In this document: one piece after another, positions 13,470 to 25,117 of the stretch | How positions within the stretch are numbered: the first letter of the stretch is position 1 | How the letters are laid out: each line of letters opens with the position of its first letter | Origin: Phoronis australis | Lineage: Eukaryota > Animalia > Phoronida | Length of the DNA stretch: 64,000 nucleotides | NCBI GenBank assembly: GCA_002633005.1 | Contig: NMRA01000154.1 | Span: 1-64,000, forward strand | Direction of reading: 5' to 3' | The notes under the pieces: model-generated | Database searches by the model: none | What the model saw: the letters and a program-made list of their open reading frames with translations, nothing else | Told to the model about the DNA's origin: nothing | Position numbers and translations under genes: made by a program

Positions 13470-13720
13470 AATATATATTATAACAAACTTAACTATATTT
13501 TATAACAAACTAAACCACTGCAAATATCGATAAATACAAAAGTTATATAATACGTTGAGTTGTAAAGGTGGATGACAATCTGCCTGACTATTTGCACTAA
13601 ACAAGTATTGATAAATACAAAAGGCAAAAACTATGGTGAGATATAATTGATAAATACAAAGGTTATATAATATGTTAACCTATAAAACTGGGTAGCAATA
13701 TGCCAAAGCAACATCATGAC
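13470..13720. repeat. Degenerate AT-rich tandem repeat
   Basis: gataaatacaaaag(g)ttatataata recurs at ~13529 and ~13649, with a partial copy at ~13610. Confidence 0.6.
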
Positions 13721-15034
13721 AACGGCATGGCAAAAGTGAGAATAAACAGTAATAAAATGGATAGAGGGAGGGTTAGGGAGAAACTGAATGAAAAATAGCT
13801 GAGTTGAAAAGAAAATATGGGCGATGGCACAGTCTTGCGACGAGACCAAGGAATTAACTGGTACAAATAAACCAATAGTGGGAGACCAAAAATTGTCACT
13901 GACCCGAGAATCAAAATTTTGGATAAATAAGCCCAACACACTTGAACCTAATGGATTGAACATAAAGACTTCTTAAATTATATCCTTTACTTTTTTCCGC
14001 AACAATGTATCACGCCATATATCAGATGTCAATTATCATAAAATGTTTGATTTTACTTTATTTCTGTTTCTGTTGTTATTATATCCAAAAACTTCTGTGA
14101 TCCATTTTGTTGTTTTATTTACGTATATTTATTCTATTTTTCAACAAAAAGTACGTACGGTAATCGAAAAATTGCTACATATTATTACAATTCCTCAGTT
14201 TATAGTTACCTGTACAATACTTTGGTGACAGGTTGAGTACTGCATCCAAGCGAGCGAAAGTTTCCCTACGTGTCCCTACAATCAGTCGTTGTCCATGTGA
14301 ATAACGTCAGAGATGCACTGAACCTTTTTATGTGTACGAGAGTTTTTCCCAAAGTCAGTAATGGCTTTGACTAAGAACAATTTTGCTGAACGAGCGATCG
14401 GGATTTTTTGGATGATGCAAACTGGTGTTCTTTGTTTATTATATAACAATTCTCGCGTACACGGATAAAGGGAGATTTATTGATTTCCTGTTATCACACA
14501 GTGTAGTCGTGAATGCATTTGCCTCATTAACTCTTCATGAAGTTAGCAATGTTACACTTTGATTCAGACTTGACCCAACGCTGGAGTGATGTCATTTTTT
14601 CTCCATGTTATTCTAATGTAGAGTTCAGATGCCACAATACAGATCCTTGTGCCTAGATAGTTTACATAGGATGCTTAAATATATTGTCTTATATGGTATT
14701 TCACTCGTTAAATATATTCATGTGAGCATATGGACCCGTCTTACTCCTTTTCCCCCTCATCTCGCTCTATTCCATTATTCCCTTGTGTAGGACTACTCGT
14801 CGTTTTTTCAGCCTTCGCATTGGTCTGCTGTTATCACGTGCCTCGAGTTTGGTGAGCTCTTGGCTCTTATAGGCTGATGATTGTCACGTGTCTTTAGGGG
14901 CGTTTTTCTTTGTCATGAATAAGAAAATGAGCAAAACACAAATATTCCATTTGAATCATTTTTATGGTATAAAATTTGAAAATAATAGTGTTATGAGTCC
15001 ATTCTCTCATTCACTCCTCGGCCTTTAACTATCT

Positions 15035-17969
15035 TCAGGTGATCATCTTTGAAACACCTTCAATCTTCTTTATGATTGGCAGCATGTTTTGTGGCCGGCT
15101 TTTTCTGTCATCCGACCGGCATTGCAATCCTAGAAACAGGAGGGTGTATATCGCTTCTTTGTAAATGGCAGGAGTTTTTTCTCGCAAGGTATGACAAACG
15201 TCGATAATGCTAACTCCAAACGAATAAACATCAGTGAGCACGGACGTTAACTCCCCGTTGCGTACCTCGGGTGCCAGGTGCTCACATGTATTGCTGCCGT
15301 ATCTGAATAAAGAGACATCTGTCAGTAGTTACTTGTACTAGCTAAAGACACACTATTAGTAAAACAACCACTACGTCTAGCATCGTTTGCAAGAGGCCCG
15401 TGTCTTGGCTACCTTGCTACAACAAAATAACCAGCCGTGACAATGTTCCGGCCCGTATTGGAATCTGGCCCGTATTGGAATATTCCAATACGGGCACGGC
15501 CCGTATTCAGTGGAATTCCAATACGGGCAGCCCGTATTGGAATAATGCTTTAAAACGATAAATTGACTACAAAACTTTATAATTCGCTATGTTTTCATAA
15601 AATGGAGGTTTCCTTTCATATTTTTAATATAAAACGGACGCCCACAACGTCGTGAAGCTATTAATCCTCAATCTTTGTGCGAGATTGATCGAGGCTAAAT
15701 TCAAAATGGCGGCTATTCCGAGTTGCAGGAGTGCAAGGCAAATAATTGTTAAAATTTAGCTTCTACCAGAACATTTTCGACGAATTTGAATATTGCTATA
15801 TAAAAACAGATCATGCTAAAATATGCTCTTAAGTTTCCACGTATTTTCTACCAACTTTAAAGGTCTACTGTCGCCGATTCCAATACGGGACACACACTCG
15901 ACAGCGGCCCGTATTGGAATCGCGCGGCGATCACAACATCGGCTTNGGCAAGAAATCGTCGCGTGTGGAACGGTAACGGCGAATTTTATCCCATGATTCA
16001 GCATCTCAAGCTCACCTAGCAATCACTTTGATTACTTTTATTTTTGAAAGTGAACGCTAATAAGCGCGAGAAGCATTTGCCATTCCCGTGGTATTGCGTG
16101 ATTTTTGAGTTTCCGTTAGACACCTGGGTCCGTCTACGGAACGCAGCCCCGCTTGAACAGAAAATACTTATCATTCCTACGATTGCAATAGGAAATATAA
16201 TCAAATTTCATCCATGGCAATGCCGGAATTGTAAATATTAACAATCCTTATGTGATTGTTTTTGTACGCCTCATGAACGACCCTCTGACGGTCTGGTTTA
16301 CATGTGTGAGTTGATCAAGTCTTCTATAGGTTAGTACAAGCTCTTCAGTGTACATGTTACAATATTAATTTCCATCTATTTTATGTTTGCTTCTTCTAGT
16401 CGTTTTACTTTTTTGGTTGATTTGAATTGAAACTAGACAAGATTTTTCGACTTTTCATGTTTCTTTCAGATTTTTCTGAGAATCATGTGGATTTTCAAGG
16501 ATCATTGATAACCGAGAGAATGCAAGGACGCTAGGCGTTTGTTCTTAACAAATCCGCTTACCGAAAGCCTTTCTTTATGGTCGCATGTCCAAAATCGATC
16601 AATTTTACTTTATTGGTTTGTCGTTCCACCATTACATTCTCGGTGTGGATATCATTAAGCAATATATCTCTTCTGTGGGCACGATGAACTGCTTTTGCGG
16701 CTTTCAACAATACCTTCACAATTTCTGGAACAGGCAGTGATACCTCGCGCACATTTTCAAGATGGTGGTCTATGTAATCTGCCAGTGTAAAACCGTCTAT
16801 TAGTTCCATGACAAGACCAACTATCGGTGGGGCTTCGTCGTCAACCGTTGGTGTCAAATACAAACCGAACGGTTTAGGGGCGCATCTGTACCGAGCAAGG
16901 ATCCGTAGACATCGATATTCCGTCTCAGCTGTTGAGTTCACGTCGTTTTCATGCACGAAATTTTTTACACAAGCTTTCTGCTCAATGCCCGTTGAGTCAT
17001 TTACGAAAGTCCCAAGGCACACTTTGCCTGAAATCCCTTCGCCGATCACGGCGTAATCCCCGTCTCCTCTTATATCGTATCTACATGTATAAAGAGAAAA
17101 AATGTTGAACCAACTTAGATTTGTCGGTTTAGCTAGTTGGATGCGCTAGGTCAGATTCCTCAATTTCGCGAAGGGGCCGCGCCATTACTGCTAAGAACGT
17201 ATGAGGCAGGTCGATAACACCAGTTCACACGATGCCTGGAGTGTGTTTTTAGGGACTTCTTTTATGATTCCTCGTACTACCCGTTCATCTTAAAACCGGG
17301 CTGTTTACGTATTGTGCGAGGAGTTTGAATTCCGTTAGAGTATTGCAATTATATAGAGAGTCGTTTGTGTTGCTACTACTTATATTTGCATCCAGCTATT
17401 GACTCAAATGTTGGGATTACCCAGAATTCTGAGACTCATAAATTAACAAAAGACATGCAACAAAAGTTCAATTTACTTCAAATTAGTGAGCAATGAAAAT
17501 TAAAAAGTTACCTGAATGCTCTCTTTGCCAGATAAGTAGTCTTTGGCTCCCGTTTTCTGAACATTTTTCTGATCCAATTTTCGTTCACGTCTGCAAGAAT
17601 AGACTGTGGCATGTCTGCGTCAGGTTTTACAGCGATTGGTGATCTTGCGTAATAAGGGGCCCAGTTTCCAACAGAAGGTTGTCTGTGGGACGGCAACTGA
17701 AGAAAACTATCTTCAGCAATCACTCTCGGATTATGCCGGGTCGGCATGCTGAAACAACGGATTCGCCTGCGTTGTTGTTTTTGCGCCGGAGAGATGTGAC
17801 GTCTTCGAAGTTTGGATGCGTTAAACGTGCAGCGTCCATTGACGAATTCAAGCGGTCGACGGATTATGTTTATAACGCACGATTTGGCTTTTCGAATATA
17901 TTTAAACCCAAACGCTCTTCGCAATACATTTGGGTCGCACGACTTTACTTGCCGGAGCTTTGATGACAT
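15035..17969 (-). CDS. Atypical Ser/Thr-type protein kinase, about 414 aa if initiated at ATG 17969
   Basis: Exons 17969-17512, 17080-16562 and 15302-15035 (both introns phase 2, GT-AG; 1245 nt). Motifs: IGEGISGKV, ACVK, alphaC Glu (ETEY), LLNDIHTENV, IDFG, HLAPE, DVYSFG, R-P in subdomain XI. The true start may lie further upstream (see findings). Confidence 0.88.
15445..15925. mobile_element. DNA-transposon-like fragment with ggcccgtattggaat subterminal repeats, in kinase intron 2
   Basis: Multiple direct and inverted copies of cccgtattggaat at 15450-15543 and 15877-15920. Confidence 0.6.
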
Positions 17970-19350
17970 AAATTTCCTTACTGGATAAGTCTTAGCCCTG
18001 CCCACAACGATCCATTGCGCCTGCGTTATGCATTTTGGGACTATAGTGGCGAAGCACGATGTTGATCTCTATACTATGCCGTCCTTTACCGCCAATCGCT
18101 GAATCCCTATCTTTGTTTTGGTAATACACGATACTGTTCTGTACTTGATTTTTAATTTAACACCGCGCACGTTGCAACAGAACTCGCCGTAGCATATCCC
18201 GACTCGACGGCAAACTTGAAAACTTAATTTCTGGAAAACGTACGGTACAGAACGGAATAGACGATTGGGGAGATTTGCGTATCTCATCTCTAAGGCATGG
18301 GTGAACATTTTCAACCCGCTGGCAAAAAACTGTATGAGAGAAACAGGCTTTAGCAGCTGCATGAAGTCGAGCGACAGCTCTGGGGGTTTCACCGAGATAT
18401 TCGGCACTGTGACCAGTGGCAGACTTGAAGGTCTAACCCTGTACTTCTTTCTGTCTGTCATGTCGTCGAATGCGACATTTTTTGTAGATTTGTTCGCAAC
18501 AGCTTCTGTGGACAACTGGAATTGTTTGGAAAAGTGTAATTAATATGGTTTCTACTATTTTGCAGGTCAATGCACCTTCTTCACGCAGTAGACATTTTGA
18601 AAGTGAGCCTCTTTTTAGGTTTTAAAAACAATTGATTCCGCGCTCAATCACAGTGAAAAGTGTGATTTTATCGCAGGCCTCGTTAATTTTTATGTCTCAA
18701 AAATGCGTTGTTATTTTAACTAAAAAGATTCCCACTTTTAAAATGGCGACTACGTGAATAAGATCTATAACCCCTCAGTGTTTGAAAACGTCTTTCAAAG
18801 AAACACATAGCATGACATGTCAAGAAAGGTATATTAGATTCATTTTTAGTTCTAGGGTTGACTTTAGAAATGTTGTTGTGTATTATGTAAAATTAGATCT
18901 TTTATATACTTTTCGCTAATCTGAATCAAGGGCGGATTCAGGATTTTGAGTTAGGGAGGTCAGGACCGCCCCCTCCCCCTTCTCGCTTCAGAATGAATGC
19001 AGTCTTTATCATTCGCAAGACCGTCCCTACTGACATTTCGATTCCAAAAGCAGTAGTCAATTTGTGTCTTCGCCAGTCTCAGCTGACAATGGCACCGCTC
19101 CACAGTTCAGTTGACATACAGTGTAGCAAGTTCAAGCGCGTTTTGTATATGGACAGAAATCTGATTCACTTTCTAAAGAGACTGATAATCACTTTGAAAA
19201 AATGGGTAATGTTTGGATAACGCTTCATGAAAATTGACCGGTCATCAGTCTCTTGTTACAGGTGGGTTCAAAGGTAATTTAATGTTATACAGTCTATTTT
19301 GATATGGTCAAATGGTGAAATGGTCCGACAGAAAATAACTGTGTCCACTT

Positions 19351-19935
19351 TATGACTTTTTGATATTTTGAAACAGGACAGAGAAAAAAATTACGAAAAC
19401 CAAATTCGTCTGGGCAGATAATGGTTTGAACACATGAATATTCTAGCACATTTTACTATTCAGCAGCGGTTAAGAAAATCCCCACGTGCCTCAAGGGTGT
19501 GCTACAGACTGCTGAATATTCAGCCTTGAGAAAGAGCGCATCGCACGTTACGTGGGGATATTTTGATATATTTTAGTACCGACGCTCGTCATTTTAGTTT
19601 TACTAGTTTTACTATTTTATATTTTCAGCCAAANCCCCCCCCTAAATCCGCCTATGTGACTTTTTGATATTTTGAAACAGGACAGAGAAAAAATTACGAA
19701 AACCAAATTCGTCTGGGCAGATAATGGTTTGAACACATGAATATTCTAGCACATTTTACTATTCAGCAGCAGTTAAGAAAATCCCCACGTGCCTCAAGGG
19801 TGTGCTACAGACTGCTGAATATTCAGCCTTGAGAAAGAGCGCATCGCACGTTACGTGGGGATATTTTGATATATTTTAGTACCGACGCTCGTCATTTTAG
19901 TTTTACTAGTTTTACTATTTTATATTTTCAGCCAA
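19351..19935. repeat. ~280-bp near-identical tandem duplication joined at a single N (probable assembly overlap)
   Basis: 19351-19633 is repeated at 19655-19935, with N at 19634. Confidence 0.85.
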
Positions 19936-20494
19936 AGTTATCTGAAACTGAAGTGGCGACTTCATCAGCTCGACGTTTCGTTACTGGGCGCCGTGATGAT
20001 CGTAGAGTATTGCTGATCAAAGCCGGCGCGCAAAAAACTAAGGATTAATCACCTGAGTATGCGAGAAAAAGTAACGAAGAGTCGAAGCACATTGGAGGAA
20101 TAACCTCACGAGAAAAACCATTGGGACGAAATGGAGTGCGAGATGTGTTGAACATTTTTGGAAATGCCGATATTGCCCGAGTAGACAGCCTGAAGGTTTG
20201 CTTTCATGTCCCGTCTTCTAGGAATAGCCACCATTCAAGCATATTTTAGATTAATATCAACCACAACCTAAAATTATCTTTGAATAACTTATAATAGTTC
20301 TAGTCTTTAACTCATTAACCCAGTGATTGAATCCGTCGCTGAGTGTCAACAGTTTTCTCGACCAGGCGATCGGAAACACACAAGTATAGTAATTATAAAT
20401 TTAACAAAACGCACACAAATTTTCCTATTTCAACATAAACTCTTCCACAGCTCTCCTCGGATAGGTACACTATGGAAATAAAATGTAAAGCATT

Positions 20495-20674
20495 TTAGAT
20501 AATATTGCAAGAGGGAATTAAGTCCGTGGCCAATATTTTCTCATTTGATGAATTTTTACTTGCCTCATTTTCAAGAATCTCGTCGTCGTCGTCCACTGCC
20601 GTACTCTTCATGCACAAAAGTTGACAACAAAGACATGATAAACATGCACGAAGATTTTTAAGAAATTTACCCAT
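20495..20674 (-). CDS. Candidate 59-aa lipid-anchored microprotein (MG start, Cys cluster, C-terminal CNII)
   Basis: MGKFLKNLRACLSCLCCQLLCMKSTAVDDDDEILENEASKNSSNEKILATDLIPSCNII*. No homology recognised. Confidence 0.4.
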   Translation of the reverse strand: MGKFLKNLRACLSCLCCQLLCMKSTAVDDDDEILENEASKNSSNEKILATDLIPSCNII

Positions 20675-20875
20675 ATTAGCATTCGGCAAACTTATTATTT
20701 CAATAGCATTTTAGAAGCGACTTATCTTCATAAAGGCAGCCATGAAAAATGCGCCACAGTGACGTTCTTTATTCTTACGTCACTTTATTGTCTGAGGTCA
20801 AATTAGTAAAGGGCATTTAGTTCATACCCTAACCTTTGTTAACGCAAATATACAGGATTTGAAGCACCAGTCCTT

Positions 20876-21277
20876 GGCCCGGTCTCCAATCTTTTTACTC
20901 GAAATGGAACTCGAAATTAGGTTTGGCATTTTCTGCTCTACTTTTGGGCGAACTCAAGATAAGTGTCTATTATTCTATGCTCGAGTACACAATAACTTAC
21001 GTAGATAATTTATTGCCCTTAGTTCCGCAGGTTGTAAACCCAATATTAAAGTAATAAGTTCGAGTTTGCACTCGAAATTTCGAGTTTTTACTCGAGTTTG
21101 TAGCGCGAATATAAGGGTCTTCAAGGGCAAACTTGAACTAGAAACTCCTATGCATAAACTATACTGTATTTGAGCACAGTCTGATAACCAGTTATCTTAA
21201 GTTCGCACAAAAGGAGCAGAGAAATTGCCAAAAATAGTTTCGAGTTCGTTTCGAGTACTAAGATTAGAGACCGTGCC
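20876..21277. mobile_element. PIF/Harbinger-like MITE
   Basis: ~95-bp imperfect TIRs (ggcccggtctccaatc..actcgaaa / tttcgagt..gattagagaccgtgcc); 3-bp flanking duplication CTT. Confidence 0.75.
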
Positions 21278-22073
21278 CTTGTCTCGAGTGAAATCAACAG
21301 AAAATAAATAAACAGTGACTCTGTCTTGAAACATATTTAATTATACCAAAAACGTTTTGTTTTGATTTAATACTGAATCGTAAAATTGTAGGATTATGAA
21401 ATGCTTGGCTTGCGAAATACTGGGTCTATAAAATACTGGATTGTGAAATAATTACCGCCTTTTTGTACATATTTAGGCATATGCACCTAGGCGCAACCTT
21501 ACATACAGGCTTCTGATATTTTATTTACTGCTGTACTGAAAATTATATAGTACATTTTTTAGCAATTTTCTTCTAGGAACTGTGAGTAATTTTATGTTCA
21601 AAATTGGTAATATATTTGACTTTCCATTTTATGTGTTTCCAAATGGTATCAAAGTCTGTAATTCAATAATCCAACCATTGATCACTAAATGTAACAATAG
21701 TCATGAAAATAAAAAATTGTTCATGTAATGATTTGAAACACAAGATTCATTGTCACTAAATGGCTCTGACAGAAAAATAAGAGCTGGGTTTTGCCTGTCG
21801 AAACGCTGACCAATATCTCCCACGATATGATGTTAAAAATATGAGCTATGTTAGATATACCGGTACGAGGTACTGACCAAAGCTGATTTAAATTGAACAG
21901 TCGTGCCACGATGAGCACTGAATGACCTATGGCAGAAAAGTCTCACTCTGGAAAAGGCTCGCCAGAAACCCAAAAGGCACAACAAAAACAAACAAGTTTA
22001 TACTATTTTGCACATGCGGCCGATCACTAAATGAGCTAGACAGACACGAAACGTTCTGTGTTGGTACCAGCAG

Positions 22074-22490
22074 TGTCCGGTTGCATGAAACAGTCCCAAA
22101 TAATGACTCACCTACGTTCCCTAAATCTTTTGCGAATTTGTTTAGATCTTTACTCACAGTCATTTTATCTTTATTATGAGCTTTTGTTTGAAAAATGACA
22201 TTTTCTAATAATTTAACTAAAATTGAGCCTTTAATTCAGTCAAAATAATTAGGGACTGAGTAGTTGAATTAGGGGCGTTTCATGAAAAGATCCCTACTTG
22301 TTTTCAATAATAATGAGAATCCAATGTTGAGATTACTCTCGATTTGTATCAAAGCCAAAAGCTGGCTTAGTGATGATAATAAAAACAGCATAAGAAAGGA
22401 TAATCAGTGTTTTCATAAGTCCGCAAATACGCAGTAGATTTAGGGAACTTAGTTGAGTCCCTATTTGGGACTGTTTCATGCAACCGGGCA
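22074..22490. mobile_element. PIF/Harbinger-like MITE
   Basis: TIRs tgtccggttgcatgaaacagtcccaaata / tatttgggactgtttcatgcaaccgggca; 3-bp TSD CAG; a related copy lies at 57491-57878. Confidence 0.8.
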
Positions 22491-22525
22491 CAGAAACCCA
22501 CAAAAATCTCACCCGCGGAATGTTC

Positions 22526-22640
22526 AGTGGCGGATTTAAGGGGCCATGCCCCCCCCCCCCTAGAATTTTCCCAGATTCCATTTGGCAGTTTGAGGGTGCG
22601 AATGTGTGACGGGCAAAATCTTGGCTAATANCCAAAAAAT
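22526..22640 (+). mobile_element. Partial copy of the 'ggcggattta-ggggg-ccccc' non-autonomous element
   Basis: Similar to 42809-42958, 32669-32760, 18927-18980 and 19635-19654. Confidence 0.65.
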
Positions 22641-23164
22641 CTTCATCTTGACTCAAGGAAAATTTGCTACCTAGATGATTTTCTAAGTAATCACGTCCTT
22701 TTTAAGGTATCTCACAAGCTGGCAAGCATTTTATTGGATTATAATTATTTCGTATTCAGCAAACACAGTGCGTTAAAATGTCTTTCATTCTGTTAGTTAT
22801 CAACAAAGTCACCGAATATCTCGTGAAATGATATTCATTTGAGTGAAATCGCTATTTCAAAATTTAACGTATCGCCAAAACAAAACAGGATTATACATCA
22901 AAACATGACGTACACATTTTGGAACAACCCATCAGACTTTCAAAACATGCTAGCAGTTACCTAAAATTTACTAATGGAAATTTTTCCGAAAATACGCCGA
23001 TACGTTTTCTTACTTTTGATTGGGCCTATGCATGTATTTTCGTGAATTCCTGGTAATTGTGCGCTTTGGATGTGTGGGGCTATATCAGTTTAAATCATGT
23101 TGGCATTTGACGTGTTGGTGACGTCGAACTATTCGTGACGTATCCACTTGCCAAATTTTTCAAA

Positions 23165-25117
23165 ATGGACATGCAAATGGCTCACAGAGTCATTCGAGAC
23201 CTTGTGAAAGTCGCGATATCGTGGTTTATTGACTTTATTTGGCAAATTATGCTGCGAACGACAAAGAAAATAAAGTCTGTCATGTGGAGATCCCCGTACA
23301 ACAAAGACCCTTTTGCAAGCACGGCAATGAACGACAAGGGGTTAGGAGATGTATCAGTTGATAAAGCAGATATTGACATTGAATTAATGGAATCTGGTGT
23401 CAGGTGTGTAGCAGGCATTGTCCACAAATCAAAGGCACTCGCCGGGCACGTCGCCGAGTGCGTCGAAGTCGAGTGCGAAATCGAAAACTTGCCAAGCAAC
23501 CACAAAGCACGCGATGGATGTGAAAGAAACACTTCGGAGGAGGTGTATCCTACTTTCCCAGAGAAAAACAAAAAGGGAAAAAAGAATGTCCATGAAATGA
23601 CGGACAAAGAGAATGAGCCGATTGGTCGCCATAATGCTGGAGGGAGAGAAGTAACGAAATTGGGTCTCAGAAACAAACCAGGCAACTTTGACGATGCTGG
23701 ACAGGACATCATCCAAATGCCAGGTATCGTTGAGTTTGCTGATGATGGTAATACTAAAAAGACAGTCATGAAATCAGAAAGCAAACCCATCCAAAGTGAC
23801 CACTTTCAAGACCCTACACTATCAGATATCAATGAGTCGACTGAGGGATATGCATTTTGGGAGGATACGTGCCACATTTCCACAGAGGTGGGAAAAGATG
23901 TGGCTGGAAAAGAAAATGTCCAAGAGAAGGTGGGTACTCCAAATGCAGAAAGAGAGCTGATAGGTCACCAGAATGGCAAGGCTACAGAGCAGCAGAGGCA
24001 GCAGGAGTTACTGCCAAGCCATATCCCAAATTTTACTGCTTCCGAGTCAGAGACCAAATCCGAGAGTGAAAGTGGTATAGAAACAGGAAACCTTGAAGAC
24101 ATTCCTGCGAAGGACGACAGAACATGTCTACTGTTGTCTTACGGCTCAATTTCCTCTCTTAATATCAATGCTTCAGAGAGCATCCGCCATACCTCTGCAT
24201 GTATTGGAGGGAGAGTAGTAGTGAAATTGGATGGTAGAATTAAACCAGCCGGCGTGGACGATTTTGGACGGGGAGTCATCCAACCGTCAGGGGTCGCTGG
24301 CTTCATTGATGATGCTGATAGTAAGAAAAAAGTCCCGAGATCCGAAAATAAAACCTTTAAATGTGACCAATTAGAAGACGCCACGCTGTCTAAATTCACA
24401 GAATCGACTGAATCGACAGGTTCCCCTATAATCAGGAAGACGTTTACACAAGACACTCAAAGCTCTGCATTTGAGACTCTGTCCAGCACGTCAGGAAGCG
24501 TCGAAGATATACACCCAGAAGACGACAAAATGCACAGTTTCGCAAAGTTGCCTCAAGATGCGATTTCTACTCCTGTTACAAATCTTTTAGAAAACACTTG
24601 CATCTCCATAGCCGAAGCTTGTGAGAAGGTCAACGTAAAAGTTCAAAGCAGCGACCTACCTGATAACAGCAAATATATTGTAATAGACTTTTTTAAACCT
24701 TGTGGTGTCGTTGCCTGGCCTAACTATCCCAGTCCGTCTCCTGTAGCAACGTTACCCCAATGTGATTTATCATTTGCTACGGGAGATAATTCAGTGGACA
24801 CTGAATGCAAGAAGAAAAGCGAAACAAGATTGCCAAGCGACAACGATCCATTCACCACTGAGGACATTCGTCTAGAAGACGTCAAGAAGTCTGGATTCAC
24901 GCATGCGCCTCTTGATGCGATTTCTTCTGTTTCAGAGGACTATAGTTCTACAGATAAGCCAAGTACTGTTAAACGTGAGGGAGTTTTCAAACGTTTGAAA
25001 TCACGATTCAGACGAAACAGCCACGTGGGCAAGGAGTCTAACACTTCCTCTGTGCAGGCGCAAGGTTTAGTTTCACGATGGCGGCATTTGATGTGTTGCA
25101 AGGCCTGTGAAGATTAG
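23165..25117 (+). CDS. Intronless orphan protein (~650 aa), acidic/Ser-rich, probably disordered, with internal repeats
   Basis: 1953-nt open frame from ATG 23165; AATAAA at ~25296; internal ~70-aa duplication; hydrophobic/amphipathic N-terminal stretch and basic, Cys-containing C-terminus. Confidence 0.75.
   Translation: MDMQMAHRVIRDLVKVAISWFIDFIWQIMLRTTKKIKSVMWRSPYNKDPFASTAMNDKGLGDVSVDKADIDIELMESGVRCVAGIVHKSKALAGHVAECVEVECEIENLPSNHKARDGCERNTSEEVYPTFPEKNKKGKKNVHEMTDKENEPIGRHNAGGREVTKLGLRNKPGNFDDAGQDIIQMPGIVEFADDGNTKKTVMKSESKPIQSDHFQDPTLSDINESTEGYAFWEDTCHISTEVGKDVAGKENVQEKVGTPNAERELIGHQNGKATEQQRQQELLPSHIPNFTASESETKSESESGIETGNLEDIPAKDDRTCLLLSYGSISSLNINASESIRHTSACIGGRVVVKLDGRIKPAGVDDFGRGVIQPSGVAGFIDDADSKKKVPRSENKTFKCDQLEDATLSKFTESTESTGSPIIRKTFTQDTQSSAFETLSSTSGSVEDIHPEDDKMHSFAKLPQDAISTPVTNLLENTCISIAEACEKVNVKVQSSDLPDNSKYIVIDFFKPCGVVAWPNYPSPSPVATLPQCDLSFATGDNSVDTECKKKSETRLPSDNDPFTTEDIRLEDVKKSGFTHAPLDAISSVSEDYSSTDKPSTVKREGVFKRLKSRFRRNSHVGKESNTSSVQAQGLVSRWRHLMCCKACED

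Noticed and set aside
19950-20000. Minus-strand GAAACGTC-gag-CTGATGA resembling a permuted hammerhead
   Set aside because: Only 3 nt separate the cleavage triplet and CUGAUGA, and no convincing stem II closes; probably chance.
23182-24456. Antisense ORFs over the large orphan ORF
   Set aside because: Shadow frames expected opposite a long coding sequence.
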